From an uncultured Candidatus Saccharibacteria bacterium (GTDB lineage: Bacteria > Patescibacteriota > Minisyncoccia > Phycocordibacterales > JABMNX01): DNA of 43,050 bases. Position 1 is the first letter of the stretch. Each line of letters begins with the position of its first letter. Under the pieces are notes generated by a model. It was not told the origin of the DNA and ran no database searches. It was given only the letters and a program-made list of their open reading frames with translations. A program made the translations under genes and the position numbers. The stretch lies in assembly GCA_964575755.1 (NCBI GenBank), contig CAZNRH010000001.1:181347-224396 (forward strand). Reading direction: 5' to 3'. Below, piece by piece: positions 6,810 to 14,646 of the stretch.

Positions 6810-7418
6810 TTACATACGGTTTTTGAGAGCGCTTTTAATTGTTTCTGTGTCGGAGTATTCGAGTTCTGAGCCTGTTGAAAGACCTCGTCCAAGGGTTGAG
6901 ACTTTTATATCAGTTGTAAAGATTATAGGCTCAAGCACTCTTTGAATATATTGTATGGTGTTTTCTCCTTCTGGATTTATCGAGAAGGCGAGTATAATCT
7001 CTTTTAATCCTTCTTTTTGGCGTGCTGTAACCACACGCTCTAACTCTTTTGTTCGTATCGATTTGTCAGGATCTTTGTCTAGAATCGGCACCGTCCCACC
7101 AACTACAAAATAGTATCCATCATACCCCTTAGCCCTTTCTATATTATCTAAGTCCACATCTTTCTCTACAAGCATGAGAGTGGAAGACTCTCTGTTTTTA
7201 TTCGCGCATATTAAACATAGTTCTTTGTGATTAGAATGAAAACGGCTACACATTGTACATGCTTTAGTATCATCTTTAATTGAACCAATAAGTCGTATTA
7301 ATTCACTTCTATAACTATGAGATGAAGAAAGTAAAAAATACACAAAGCGACTTGCTTGGCGTGGACCAATACCAGGTAATCGTTTTAAAAGTTCTGTAAG
7401 TTTTTGAATACTATCCAT
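6810..7418 (-). CDS. recR: recombination protein RecR
   Basis: N-terminal LPGIGPRQA helix-hairpin-helix, a C4 zinc finger (C..C....C..C) and a Toprim region. Confidence 0.9.
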   Translation of the reverse strand: MDSIQKLTELLKRLPGIGPRQASRFVYFLLSSSHSYRSELIRLIGSIKDDTKACTMCSRFHSNHKELCLICANKNRESSTLMLVEKDVDLDNIERAKGYDGYYFVVGGTVPILDKDPDKSIRTKELERVVTARQKEGLKEIILAFSINPEGENTIQYIQRVLEPIIFTTDIKVSTLGRGLSTGSELEYSDTETIKSALKNRM

Positions 7419-7457
7419 TGTTTAGGAATTAAGAATAATGAATTAGGAAGTAGAGGG

Positions 7458-8831
7458 TTAGAAGTCGTCATCGTCTGAAGAACTACTGGTGTCTCCAAAG
7501 TCACTATTATCAATTGATAGGAATGTTGTTCTTTTCTCGTCGAAGTATAAGTCTATCTTACCGGTGGGACCATTTCGATGTTTTTCTACAAGAATCTCAG
7601 CTATGTTTGGTTTATCTGAGGTCTCATTCATTTTATCATCTCTGTGAATAAACATTACTACATCAGCGTCCTGCTCAATAGAACCAGAGTCACGCAAGTC
7701 TGAAAGACGAGGGCGACCCCTACGTTGCTCAACTGCACGTGATAGCTGTGAGAGTGCTATTACAGGTATGTCTAGCTCACGTGCCATACCTTTGAGTGCT
7801 CGAGAAATCTCAGTGACCTGTTGAACCATAGAGTCAGAATTTTTCCCTTGTGTTGGCATAATAAGCTGAAGATAATCGACTATGATAAGTTCAAGACCTT
7901 TCTCGTGTTTTAGGCGACGTGCTACGGAACGCATTTGAAGAACGTTACTTGAGGACTTGTCGTCAATATAAATAGGTGCTTCAGATAAGACACTTAGTGC
8001 CTCTTGAAGCTTGTCGAACTCTTCATCTGTTGAAAGGTTACCCGTACGCAGTTTCCATGCGTTCACGTTCGATTGCGCCGCAAGCATACGGTCTACGAGC
8101 TGTTGTGAGTCCATCTCAAGAGAAAATATACCAACTGGTGTCTTATGATTAACTGCGGCTTGGCGTGCTATATCGAGTGCTAGAGCGGTTTTACCCATTG
8201 ACGGTCGTGCAGCAATAATTATTAAATCTGATTTCTGGAATCCTGCGAGGAGATTATCGAGACCTTTAAAACCACTTTTTATTCCACGAATTTCATCCTT
8301 TGATTGGTGGAGAAGTTCTATTCTTTCCCAGGCTTCAGTAAGGGTTTCTTTAATGGTTATAAACTTCTGGAGGGTGGGGGAGTTGGTTACTTCAAAAATA
8401 CTTGATTGAGCTGAATCGAGAGTGTACTCGATATCATTTTCTTCATTGTAGCCGAGTTCTGAAATATGGTCAGCGGCCGAGATTAGGTTACGCATCATAA
8501 ACTTCTTTTGTACGATATCTGCGTAATGTTTGGCGTTTGCTGCAGAAGGCACAAAGTCTACGAGTTCAGATAAATATGTACCACCACCTATTTGGTCAAA
8601 TTGCTTTTTTTCTTTTAGTTTTGTTGAGAGTGAGAGTATGTCGATTGGTTCGTTTTTTTCAAAAAGTTCAAGCATTGAATTATATATAATTCGATGCTTT
8701 TCACTGTAAAAGGAGTCTGGCTTTACGGTATCTATAATGTCGTGCATTGCTTCTGGTTTAAGCATGATAGAACCCAGAAGAGCTTTTTCCGAGTCTAGAT
8801 TTTGAGGTGGGATACGTACGCCTTTTGCCAT
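7458..8831 (-). CDS. dnaB: replicative DNA helicase DnaB
   Basis: PPQNLDSEKALLGSIM N-terminal domain, Walker A ARPSMGKT, and the conserved C-terminal RecA-like region LSQLSR..E.R.....RP.LSDLR.SG.IEQDAD. Confidence 0.95.
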   Translation of the reverse strand: MAKGVRIPPQNLDSEKALLGSIMLKPEAMHDIIDTVKPDSFYSEKHRIIYNSMLELFEKNEPIDILSLSTKLKEKKQFDQIGGGTYLSELVDFVPSAANAKHYADIVQKKFMMRNLISAADHISELGYNEENDIEYTLDSAQSSIFEVTNSPTLQKFITIKETLTEAWERIELLHQSKDEIRGIKSGFKGLDNLLAGFQKSDLIIIAARPSMGKTALALDIARQAAVNHKTPVGIFSLEMDSQQLVDRMLAAQSNVNAWKLRTGNLSTDEEFDKLQEALSVLSEAPIYIDDKSSSNVLQMRSVARRLKHEKGLELIIVDYLQLIMPTQGKNSDSMVQQVTEISRALKGMARELDIPVIALSQLSRAVEQRRGRPRLSDLRDSGSIEQDADVVMFIHRDDKMNETSDKPNIAEILVEKHRNGPTGKIDLYFDEKRTTFLSIDNSDFGDTSSSSDDDDF

Positions 8832-8837
8832 GCGGGA

Positions 8838-8846
8838 ATTGTAGCA
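8838..8846 (-). promoter_or_regulatory. extended -10 box TGcTACAAT, 6 nt from the dnaB ATG (leaderless-type)
   Basis: The minus strand reads TGCTACAAT-tcccgc-ATG, and no SD is present. Confidence 0.45.
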
Positions 8847-8932
8847 TAAAGTGAAAGGCGTAGAACATCAAAATTCTATGTCTTTTGTTGGCTTCTTGTG
8901 CTTATTGTGTGGATTAATAAATATTATCTTGA

Positions 8933-10447
8933 CTACTGCTTACTCTTAACCAGCTCAGGGCCATAGTCTGTATCAGAGACATCAAAGCCTTTTTTGGCTA
9001 ATTTTTCTCGTATTGAGTCTGCGGACTTCCAATCTTTATCTTTTCTTGCTTCTTCTCGTTTCTGTACGAGCTCTTGGATATCATCAGGTACTTTTTTCAC
9101 CTCTATTTTTTTTGTCTCACCTTTAAGCATAGTATCCATTTGTTTATATGATTCTATAAATCCAATACTCAATACACGATTCATGTCTAAAATCGTGACA
9201 CGTTTATCTTTCTTGTTTACAGATTTGTCACTCATTAGCTCGTGCAGGAGGGCTATTGATTGGGCGGTATTAATATCGTCATTAATAAACTTATGAAATC
9301 GCTCTTGGTATGAAGAGTTAATAGTGCCGTTTCGTGAACCGAGATCTAGAAATTGTTTATGAAGCTTGATAAGTGCTGTGTTGGCACCCTCAAGTGCCTC
9401 CCATGTGAAATTCATAGGTGAGCGGTAATGTCCTGTTAGTAACCAATAGCGGTATGTGAAGGCGGGGAAGCCTCTGTCTGCAAGGTGACGAAGATATATA
9501 GTATTTCCTTTTGATTTGCCAATTCTTTTGTTTTCTATGGTGATAAATGCATTATGCATCCAGTAATTTACAAATTTCTTACCGGTTACTGCTTCTGTTT
9601 GAGCTATTTCATTGTTGTGATGAATTGGTTTGTGGTCTAGTCCACCTGTGTGAACATCAAACTGTTTGCCTAAGTATTGTGAAGACATAGCACTACACTC
9701 TATATGCCAACCAGGGAAACCAACTCCCCATGGTGATTTCCATCCGAGTTCTTTACCAGAGTCTGTCTTTGTTGTTGAGAACTTCCAAAGAGCAAAGTCT
9801 TGCTGTGTGTGCTTGTCTTTTCTTTTTCCTATGCGAGAAATTGTATCTTCATCTTCTTTAGAAATACCACCAAGTGCTCCATAGTTTTTAAACATTTTTG
9901 TATCAAAATATACACCATCCTTAAGTGTGTAAGTGTAGCCTTTTTCTTCTAGGGTTTTTATAAACGCAATTTGCCCATCTATATGCTCACTTGCTCGCGG
10001 GAAAGCAAATGGTGTTTTGATATTCAACTCTTTTAAATCTTCTTTAAATTCTTTTATATATTTAGTACCAATTTTCTTCATCTCTGTGAGCGTGATAGAT
10101 AGGCCCTCTTTTTTAAGCGCAGTCATCATTTTATCGTCACCACTGTCTCCGTCTGACACAAGGTGTCCTACGTCGGTGATATTAATAATATGCTTCACTT
10201 TATAACCGTTGTATTCAAACATCCGCCTTAGTATGTCAGAGAATATATAAGAACGAAGATTACCTATATGAGCAGTGCTGTAAACTGTTGGCCCACAACT
10301 GTACATACTCACACCACCTTGTCTTATAGGCTCAAACTGCTCCTTCATTTTTGAAATAGAATTAAAAAGTCGTATTGGTGTCGACTTCTTTTTTACTGCA
10401 GAGTTATTATATTTTTTCTTAAATAACAAAAATAGGTCGAAATTCAT
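8933..10447 (-). CDS. cysS: cysteinyl-tRNA synthetase
   Basis: MYSCGPTVYSTAHIGNLRSY (HIGN) and a KMSKS-like RIGKSKGN motif, with class I CysRS architecture. The start is set at MNFDLF (10447), the element's 3' ATG, not the track's 10474. Confidence 0.9.
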   Translation of the reverse strand: MNFDLFLLFKKKYNNSAVKKKSTPIRLFNSISKMKEQFEPIRQGGVSMYSCGPTVYSTAHIGNLRSYIFSDILRRMFEYNGYKVKHIINITDVGHLVSDGDSGDDKMMTALKKEGLSITLTEMKKIGTKYIKEFKEDLKELNIKTPFAFPRASEHIDGQIAFIKTLEEKGYTYTLKDGVYFDTKMFKNYGALGGISKEDEDTISRIGKRKDKHTQQDFALWKFSTTKTDSGKELGWKSPWGVGFPGWHIECSAMSSQYLGKQFDVHTGGLDHKPIHHNNEIAQTEAVTGKKFVNYWMHNAFITIENKRIGKSKGNTIYLRHLADRGFPAFTYRYWLLTGHYRSPMNFTWEALEGANTALIKLHKQFLDLGSRNGTINSSYQERFHKFINDDINTAQSIALLHELMSDKSVNKKDKRVTILDMNRVLSIGFIESYKQMDTMLKGETKKIEVKKVPDDIQELVQKREEARKDKDWKSADSIREKLAKKGFDVSDTDYGPELVKSKQ

Positions 10448-10567
10448 CCCGTTAGAAATAAGACACAGAAACATATGTAACTGAGTATCTTATTTGGTTA
10501 TAATTTATAATATCGACTTCCATGTTCTTTTTAAGGTTAAGTGTCTGTGATTTCTAACGGGATTCAT
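10445..10567 (-). repeat. start-codon-anchored helix element, copy C5 (between the corA stop and the cysS start)
   Basis: The sense 5' arm ATCCCGTTAGAAAT (10550-10563) pairs perfectly with the 3' arm ATTTCTAACGGGAT (10446-10459). The second helix is AGACAC with GTGTCT. ATGAAT flanks both sides. The 5' ATG lies 15 nt after the corA stop. Confidence 0.85.
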
Positions 10568-10582
10568 ATGATAGGTTTTATA

Positions 10583-11515
10583 TTACAGCCAATGGTTTTT
10601 CTTGAAGAAGGTGAACATAAGTATGCCTGCAAATCCCATTATGCCCATAATGATCCAAAAATCAAATGGTCCTCCAATAAAAGGCATATGTACAGCATTC
10701 ATGCCAAACACAGAAGCAATAAGAGACAGGGGGAATGTCACGAACGCCATTATGGTGAGTACTTTCATAACCTCATTTTGTTTCGTGGAAAGCAGAGAAT
10801 TATTTGTGGCTCTTAACTCATGTAGTGTGTCTGAGTGGACAGAGATACTATTTTTAATCCTAAAGTATTCTCCCATAATAGAGTTTAAATGATTTGAGAA
10901 ATCTTCACCAAAAAATATTTTCCCAGCATCGTTAAATGAAGATAATATTTCTTGGTGCGGACTGAGGGCTTGTTTCAAATTAAGTAGGTCACGACTTACG
11001 TTAGAGATAGCAACAACCATTTCTTTTTCCTTACCTTCAAAGATGTCCTCTTCGATTATTTCGAGAGAGTCATCTATAAATTCTAGTTCGTGTTCTAAAG
11101 ATTTATAAAGTTTACGAACCATGTAGAAGAAAAGATAGCCAGCATGATCTCCAATATCGCTTTTATCTAAAACAGAGTTAACCTCAAATACTTTAGAAAA
11201 CTTGTGTAAAGGATCAACACTGTCATATCGTGTGGTAATGAGGAAGTTTTTCCCAATTATAAAATCTATCTCTTGGTTAATATCTCCATTGTGAGTATGT
11301 TTAAAAGCAGGGAAGTGTAAAATAAGATATATAAAGTTGGCATACGTATCAACACGTGGTTTAAGGGTAGGGAGCAGTAGCTCATCAGCAACAAGTGGGT
11401 CGATGTCATAATCGTCCATAATACTACGAACCTCCTCTGGGGTAGGAGATTCAACGTCGACCCATGTTAGGTGTTTATGTTTATAAACTGAAATCATTTG
11501 CTTAATTGTAAACAT
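10583..11515 (-). CDS. corA: magnesium/cobalt transporter CorA
   Basis: C-terminal two TM segments with the GMN motif (VFGMNAV) and a CorA-type cytoplasmic domain. Confidence 0.9.
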   Translation of the reverse strand: MFTIKQMISVYKHKHLTWVDVESPTPEEVRSIMDDYDIDPLVADELLLPTLKPRVDTYANFIYLILHFPAFKHTHNGDINQEIDFIIGKNFLITTRYDSVDPLHKFSKVFEVNSVLDKSDIGDHAGYLFFYMVRKLYKSLEHELEFIDDSLEIIEEDIFEGKEKEMVVAISNVSRDLLNLKQALSPHQEILSSFNDAGKIFFGEDFSNHLNSIMGEYFRIKNSISVHSDTLHELRATNNSLLSTKQNEVMKVLTIMAFVTFPLSLIASVFGMNAVHMPFIGGPFDFWIIMGIMGFAGILMFTFFKKNHWL

Positions 11516-11585
11516 TCTTTTAAATGATTACAATAGAGTTAGTGGGTTATCTTTACAATAAATAATAAAGTAATGTATTTTAAAA

Positions 11586-11614
11586 TTGACCCGCTTGTAT
11601 GATTCTGAGATAAT
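11586..11614 (+). promoter_or_regulatory. candidate promoter TTGACC-17-GATAAT, 11 nt from the ATG of the S41 peptidase gene
   Basis: Hexamers at 11586-11591 and 11609-11614. No SD lies before the ATG at 11626. Confidence 0.4.
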
Positions 11615-11625
11615 TATCCAACACA

Positions 11626-12873
11626 ATGAAACAACTTGATCGACAACAAAAAATAAACATAGGCATAGGAGCTCTTGTACTAGCTACTGGTATATTTTTC
11701 TTAGGTATGTTTATTGGAGAAAATAATGTAAAGCAATCAGAAGTAAACTCTTTTTCAGAAAAAATATCTGAGAGTCCAGATGATGTAGATTTCACACCTT
11801 TGTGGACCGCGTGGAAAACCATTGATGATAAATATACTTCCTCAAAGTCAGGCGAAGTGGTAACAGACCAAGAAAAAGTGTGGGGCATGATAAAGGGGTT
11901 GGCGAGATCTTTAGACGATCCATATACAGTGTTTTTTCCACCAGCTGATGCTGAGATATTTGAAGCTGATATAAGTGGCAACTTTGAAGGTGTTGGTATG
12001 GAGATTGGTATACGAGATGGAATCCTGACAGTTGTGTCACCACTTAAAGATACTCCAGCGTATCGTGCTGGGATTTTAAGTAGAGACAAGATAACAGAGA
12101 TAGATGGAGAGAGCACGGAAGAATTTTCAGTCGACAGAGCAGTGAAGCTTATACGAGGAGAGCGAGGCACAGAAGTAGTATTTACAATCGCAAGAGAGGA
12201 CGAATCTGAACTACTAACAATATCAGTGGTACGTGACGTTATACAAATACCGACCATTAGTACTGACTCAGAAGACGGGGCTGGATTAAGAGAAGATGGA
12301 GTATACGTTATTCAACTCTATAACTTCTCAGCATTTTCTCAACATTTATTCAGGAAGGCATTGCGTGAGTTTATTTCTTCTGGGTCAAATAAATTAATTC
12401 TTGATCTGCGTGGTAACCCAGGCGGGTATCTTGAGGCATCTGTGGATATGGCAAGTTGGTTCTTGCCAGTAGGTAAAGTTGTAGTAGAGGAAAGTTTTGG
12501 TGGAGATAAAAAATCAGTAGTCTATCGTTCTCGTGGATATGATGTATTTAATGAAAACTTAAAAATGGCAATAGTTATGAATCGTGGATCTGCATCCGCT
12601 TCAGAAATATTAGCTGGAGCACTTAGAGAGCATGATATAGCCACGTTAATAGGGGAGCGTTCTTTTGGAAAAGGCTCAGTACAAGAACTTATTGATATTA
12701 CAAGCGACACCTCTTTAAAGGTCACGATAGCGAGATGGTTAACACCGCTTGGCAACTCAATTTCAGATGAGGGACTAAAGCCAGATATAGAAGTCGAGAT
12801 GACAATAGAAGACATAGAAAATGGCACAGATCCACAAATCGAGAAAGCCGCAGAATTTCTTATATCGCTCTAA
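11626..12873 (+). CDS. carboxy-terminal processing peptidase (S41 family, Ctp/Prc-like)
   Basis: N-terminal TM, a PDZ region, RGNPGGYL, SASASEILAGAL and GERSFGKGSVQ motifs. Confidence 0.9.
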   Translation: MKQLDRQQKINIGIGALVLATGIFFLGMFIGENNVKQSEVNSFSEKISESPDDVDFTPLWTAWKTIDDKYTSSKSGEVVTDQEKVWGMIKGLARSLDDPYTVFFPPADAEIFEADISGNFEGVGMEIGIRDGILTVVSPLKDTPAYRAGILSRDKITEIDGESTEEFSVDRAVKLIRGERGTEVVFTIAREDESELLTISVVRDVIQIPTISTDSEDGAGLREDGVYVIQLYNFSAFSQHLFRKALREFISSGSNKLILDLRGNPGGYLEASVDMASWFLPVGKVVVEESFGGDKKSVVYRSRGYDVFNENLKMAIVMNRGSASASEILAGALREHDIATLIGERSFGKGSVQELIDITSDTSLKVTIARWLTPLGNSISDEGLKPDIEVEMTIEDIENGTDPQIEKAAEFLISL

Positions 12874-12978
12874 AAGATATAACCTAGGCATGGTTATATG
12901 TTGACAGTGTTGTTTTGTTGCGTTGTTTTAAGTCTAAAAATAGCCTAAATGTTGTTGAGTGTGTATACTACCAAGCAT

Positions 12979-13099
12979 ATGAATCCCGTACGAAATTACG
13001 GACACAAAATCAAAACATGGAGAAAACGTCGATATTTAATAAAAAATTTAATCTAGAGACAAGGACTGTTTAAGTTCGTGTCCTATTTCGTACGGGATG
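12979..13099 (+). repeat. start-codon-anchored helix element, copy C3 (upstream of rplI); the best-preserved copy
   Basis: ATCCCGTACGAAAT (12983-12996) pairs perfectly with ATTTCGTACGGGAT (13085-13098). The second helix is GGACAC (13000-13005) with GTGTCC (13078-13083). Mini-ORF at 13017-13073. TATACT (12964-12969) lies 9 nt before the 5' ATG. Confidence 0.9.
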
Positions 13100-13540
13100 A
13101 AAGTAATATTACTCAGTGACGTGAAGGGTTCGGGGAAGAAATATGAAGTTAAGGATATTTCTGATGGATATGCTATGAACTTTTTGCTTCCCAATGGTCT
13201 TGCAGAGCGCGCTACACCTGAGCGTATAAAACGGATGGAAGAAATTAAAAAAGAACAGACACAAGAAGAACGTATTCAAGAAGATTTACTGGAAAAGACA
13301 TTAGCTTCTTTAAAAAGTGTTCACTTAGAAATAGAGGCAAAAGCAAGCGACAAAGGGGGTCTTTTCAAAGGTATTACAGTGGCTAATATAGTTGAGGAAT
13401 TAAAGAGACAGGTACGTGTTAATATTCCAGCTGAAATAATCGTATTGGAAAAACCAATTAAGGAAGTGGGAAAGTATACAATAGGAGTTTTAATGGGAGA
13501 AAATAAAGCCTCATTCAAACTAACTGTTTTGGCTAAATAA
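13097..13540 (+). CDS. rplI: 50S ribosomal protein L9
   Basis: [37 protein letters not shown] is a canonical L9 N-terminus, and the 147-aa length fits. Confidence 0.9.
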   Translation: MKVILLSDVKGSGKKYEVKDISDGYAMNFLLPNGLAERATPERIKRMEEIKKEQTQEERIQEDLLEKTLASLKSVHLEIEAKASDKGGLFKGITVANIVEELKRQVRVNIPAEIIVLEKPIKEVGKYTIGVLMGENKASFKLTVLAK

Positions 13541-13598
13541 AGATTGAAAAATAAAAAACACTTATTATATAGTAAGTGTTTTTTATTTTTCAATCTTT
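13539..13598. terminator. 26-bp perfect inverted repeat with an 8-nt loop; bidirectional terminator between rplI and rpmA
   Basis: AAAGATTGAAAAATAAAAAACACTTA (13539-13564) pairs with TAAGTGTTTTTTATTTTTCAATCTTT (13573-13598). Verified base by base. Confidence 0.7.
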
Positions 13599-13609
13599 AT
13601 AATTATTTT

Positions 13610-13882
13610 TTATAAAACATCAACAGCTTTCTTTACAAAAGTATGTCCGTCGAACCTAGTTTTTCGTTGGTTTCGGAACTTCACAAGACCGTCTTTGAGA
13701 GCAAAGAGAGTATGATCCTTACCAAGTCCTACGTTCTTACCAGGAAGAATTTTTGTTCCACGCTGGCGTACAATAATAGACCCCACTTGAGCTTCCTGCC
13801 CGTCGTAAAGTTTAGTTCCTAAATATTGAGGATTTGAATCGCGCAGGTTTTTCGCTGTACCACCCGCTTTTCTATGTGCCAT
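13610..13882 (-). CDS. rpmA: 50S ribosomal protein L27
   Basis: [23 protein letters not shown]...GQ....[24 protein letters not shown] is canonical L27. Confidence 0.95.
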   Translation of the reverse strand: MAHRKAGGTAKNLRDSNPQYLGTKLYDGQEAQVGSIIVRQRGTKILPGKNVGLGKDHTLFALKDGLVKFRNQRKTRFDGHTFVKKAVDVL

Positions 13883-13918
13883 GAATCTTTATTGATATAC
13901 TTAAAGTTAATATTTAAT

Positions 13919-14308
13919 ATGGAGAGTATACGAGAAATAGCCCAAAAAATCAAGGTAGCCATTATATTTCCGCCGGTAGATTTACTTATTGTGCTTATTA
14001 TTATACTTGTTGGGTTTGGAGGGTTTGGATTAGGACGATTGTCAGTGCAAGGTACTAAAAAGACCCACGTTACCATTATAGAGAACTCCTCTCAGTCAGC
14101 ATCAGTAGGAAATACTCAACCCATAAACTCAAACACAGGTGATGTGTTAGGAGGGGTAGTGGCGTCTAAAAATGGCTCAAAATACCACTTTCCATGGTGT
14201 TCTGGGGCTCAGCGCATAGCAGACGAGAACCTCTTAACGTTTAACTCAATAAAGGAGGCTCAGACAGCTGGATATACTCCCGCAGCAAATTGTAAAGGGT
14301 TGAAGTAG
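13919..14308 (+). CDS. membrane-anchored protein with a C-terminal Cys-containing domain (KYHFPWC...GYTPAANC)
   Basis: One TM segment (IIFPPVDLLIVLIIILVGFGGFGL). The C-terminal motif is of a type seen at the ends of small secreted bacterial proteins; no family name is asserted. The start is set at MESIREI (13919) to avoid overlapping the rpmA start. Confidence 0.55.
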   Translation: MESIREIAQKIKVAIIFPPVDLLIVLIIILVGFGGFGLGRLSVQGTKKTHVTIIENSSQSASVGNTQPINSNTGDVLGGVVASKNGSKYHFPWCSGAQRIADENLLTFNSIKEAQTAGYTPAANCKGLK

Positions 14309-14341
14309 TTTTTAGTGTGAAAATAGGGCAAGTATTTTTTG

Positions 14342-14350
14342 TGTTACAAT
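14342..14350 (+). promoter_or_regulatory. extended -10 box TGtTACAAT, 6 nt from the ATG at 14357 (leaderless-type)
   Basis: Same geometry as the dnaB -10 box, with no SD. Confidence 0.4.
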
Positions 14351-14356
14351 TGCAGA

Positions 14357-14635
14357 ATGATTTAGCAGGATATTGTATTTACAGTAGGTGGATGGGTTTT
14401 TATTATTGCTCTAATACCGTCTCTTATGGGTAAAGATAAGCCCGCGTTCTCAACAAGTCTTATGGCTGGAACGATCGTGTTAATTTACGCATATACTTAC
14501 TTAACTCTTGGACTTTTTATTTCAGGTATAGTTGTTGGAATAAATGGACTTGTGTGGAGTGCTCTCGCTTTTCAAAAATATACATTAAACAAAAAACAAC
14601 AAGGATTAGTTAATCAAGAAGAAGTTAATAATTAA
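14357..14635 (+). pseudogene. small integral membrane protein gene with an in-frame TAG at codon 3 (14363-14365); the ATG-initiated remainder is 14426..14635
   Basis: The frame reads M-I-TAG-QDIVFTVGGWVFIIALIPSL-M-GKDKP... A hydrophobic helix is encoded upstream of the track's ATG, in the same frame as the promoter-proximal ATG. Confidence 0.4.
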
Positions 14636-14646
14636 TAATCAATACA

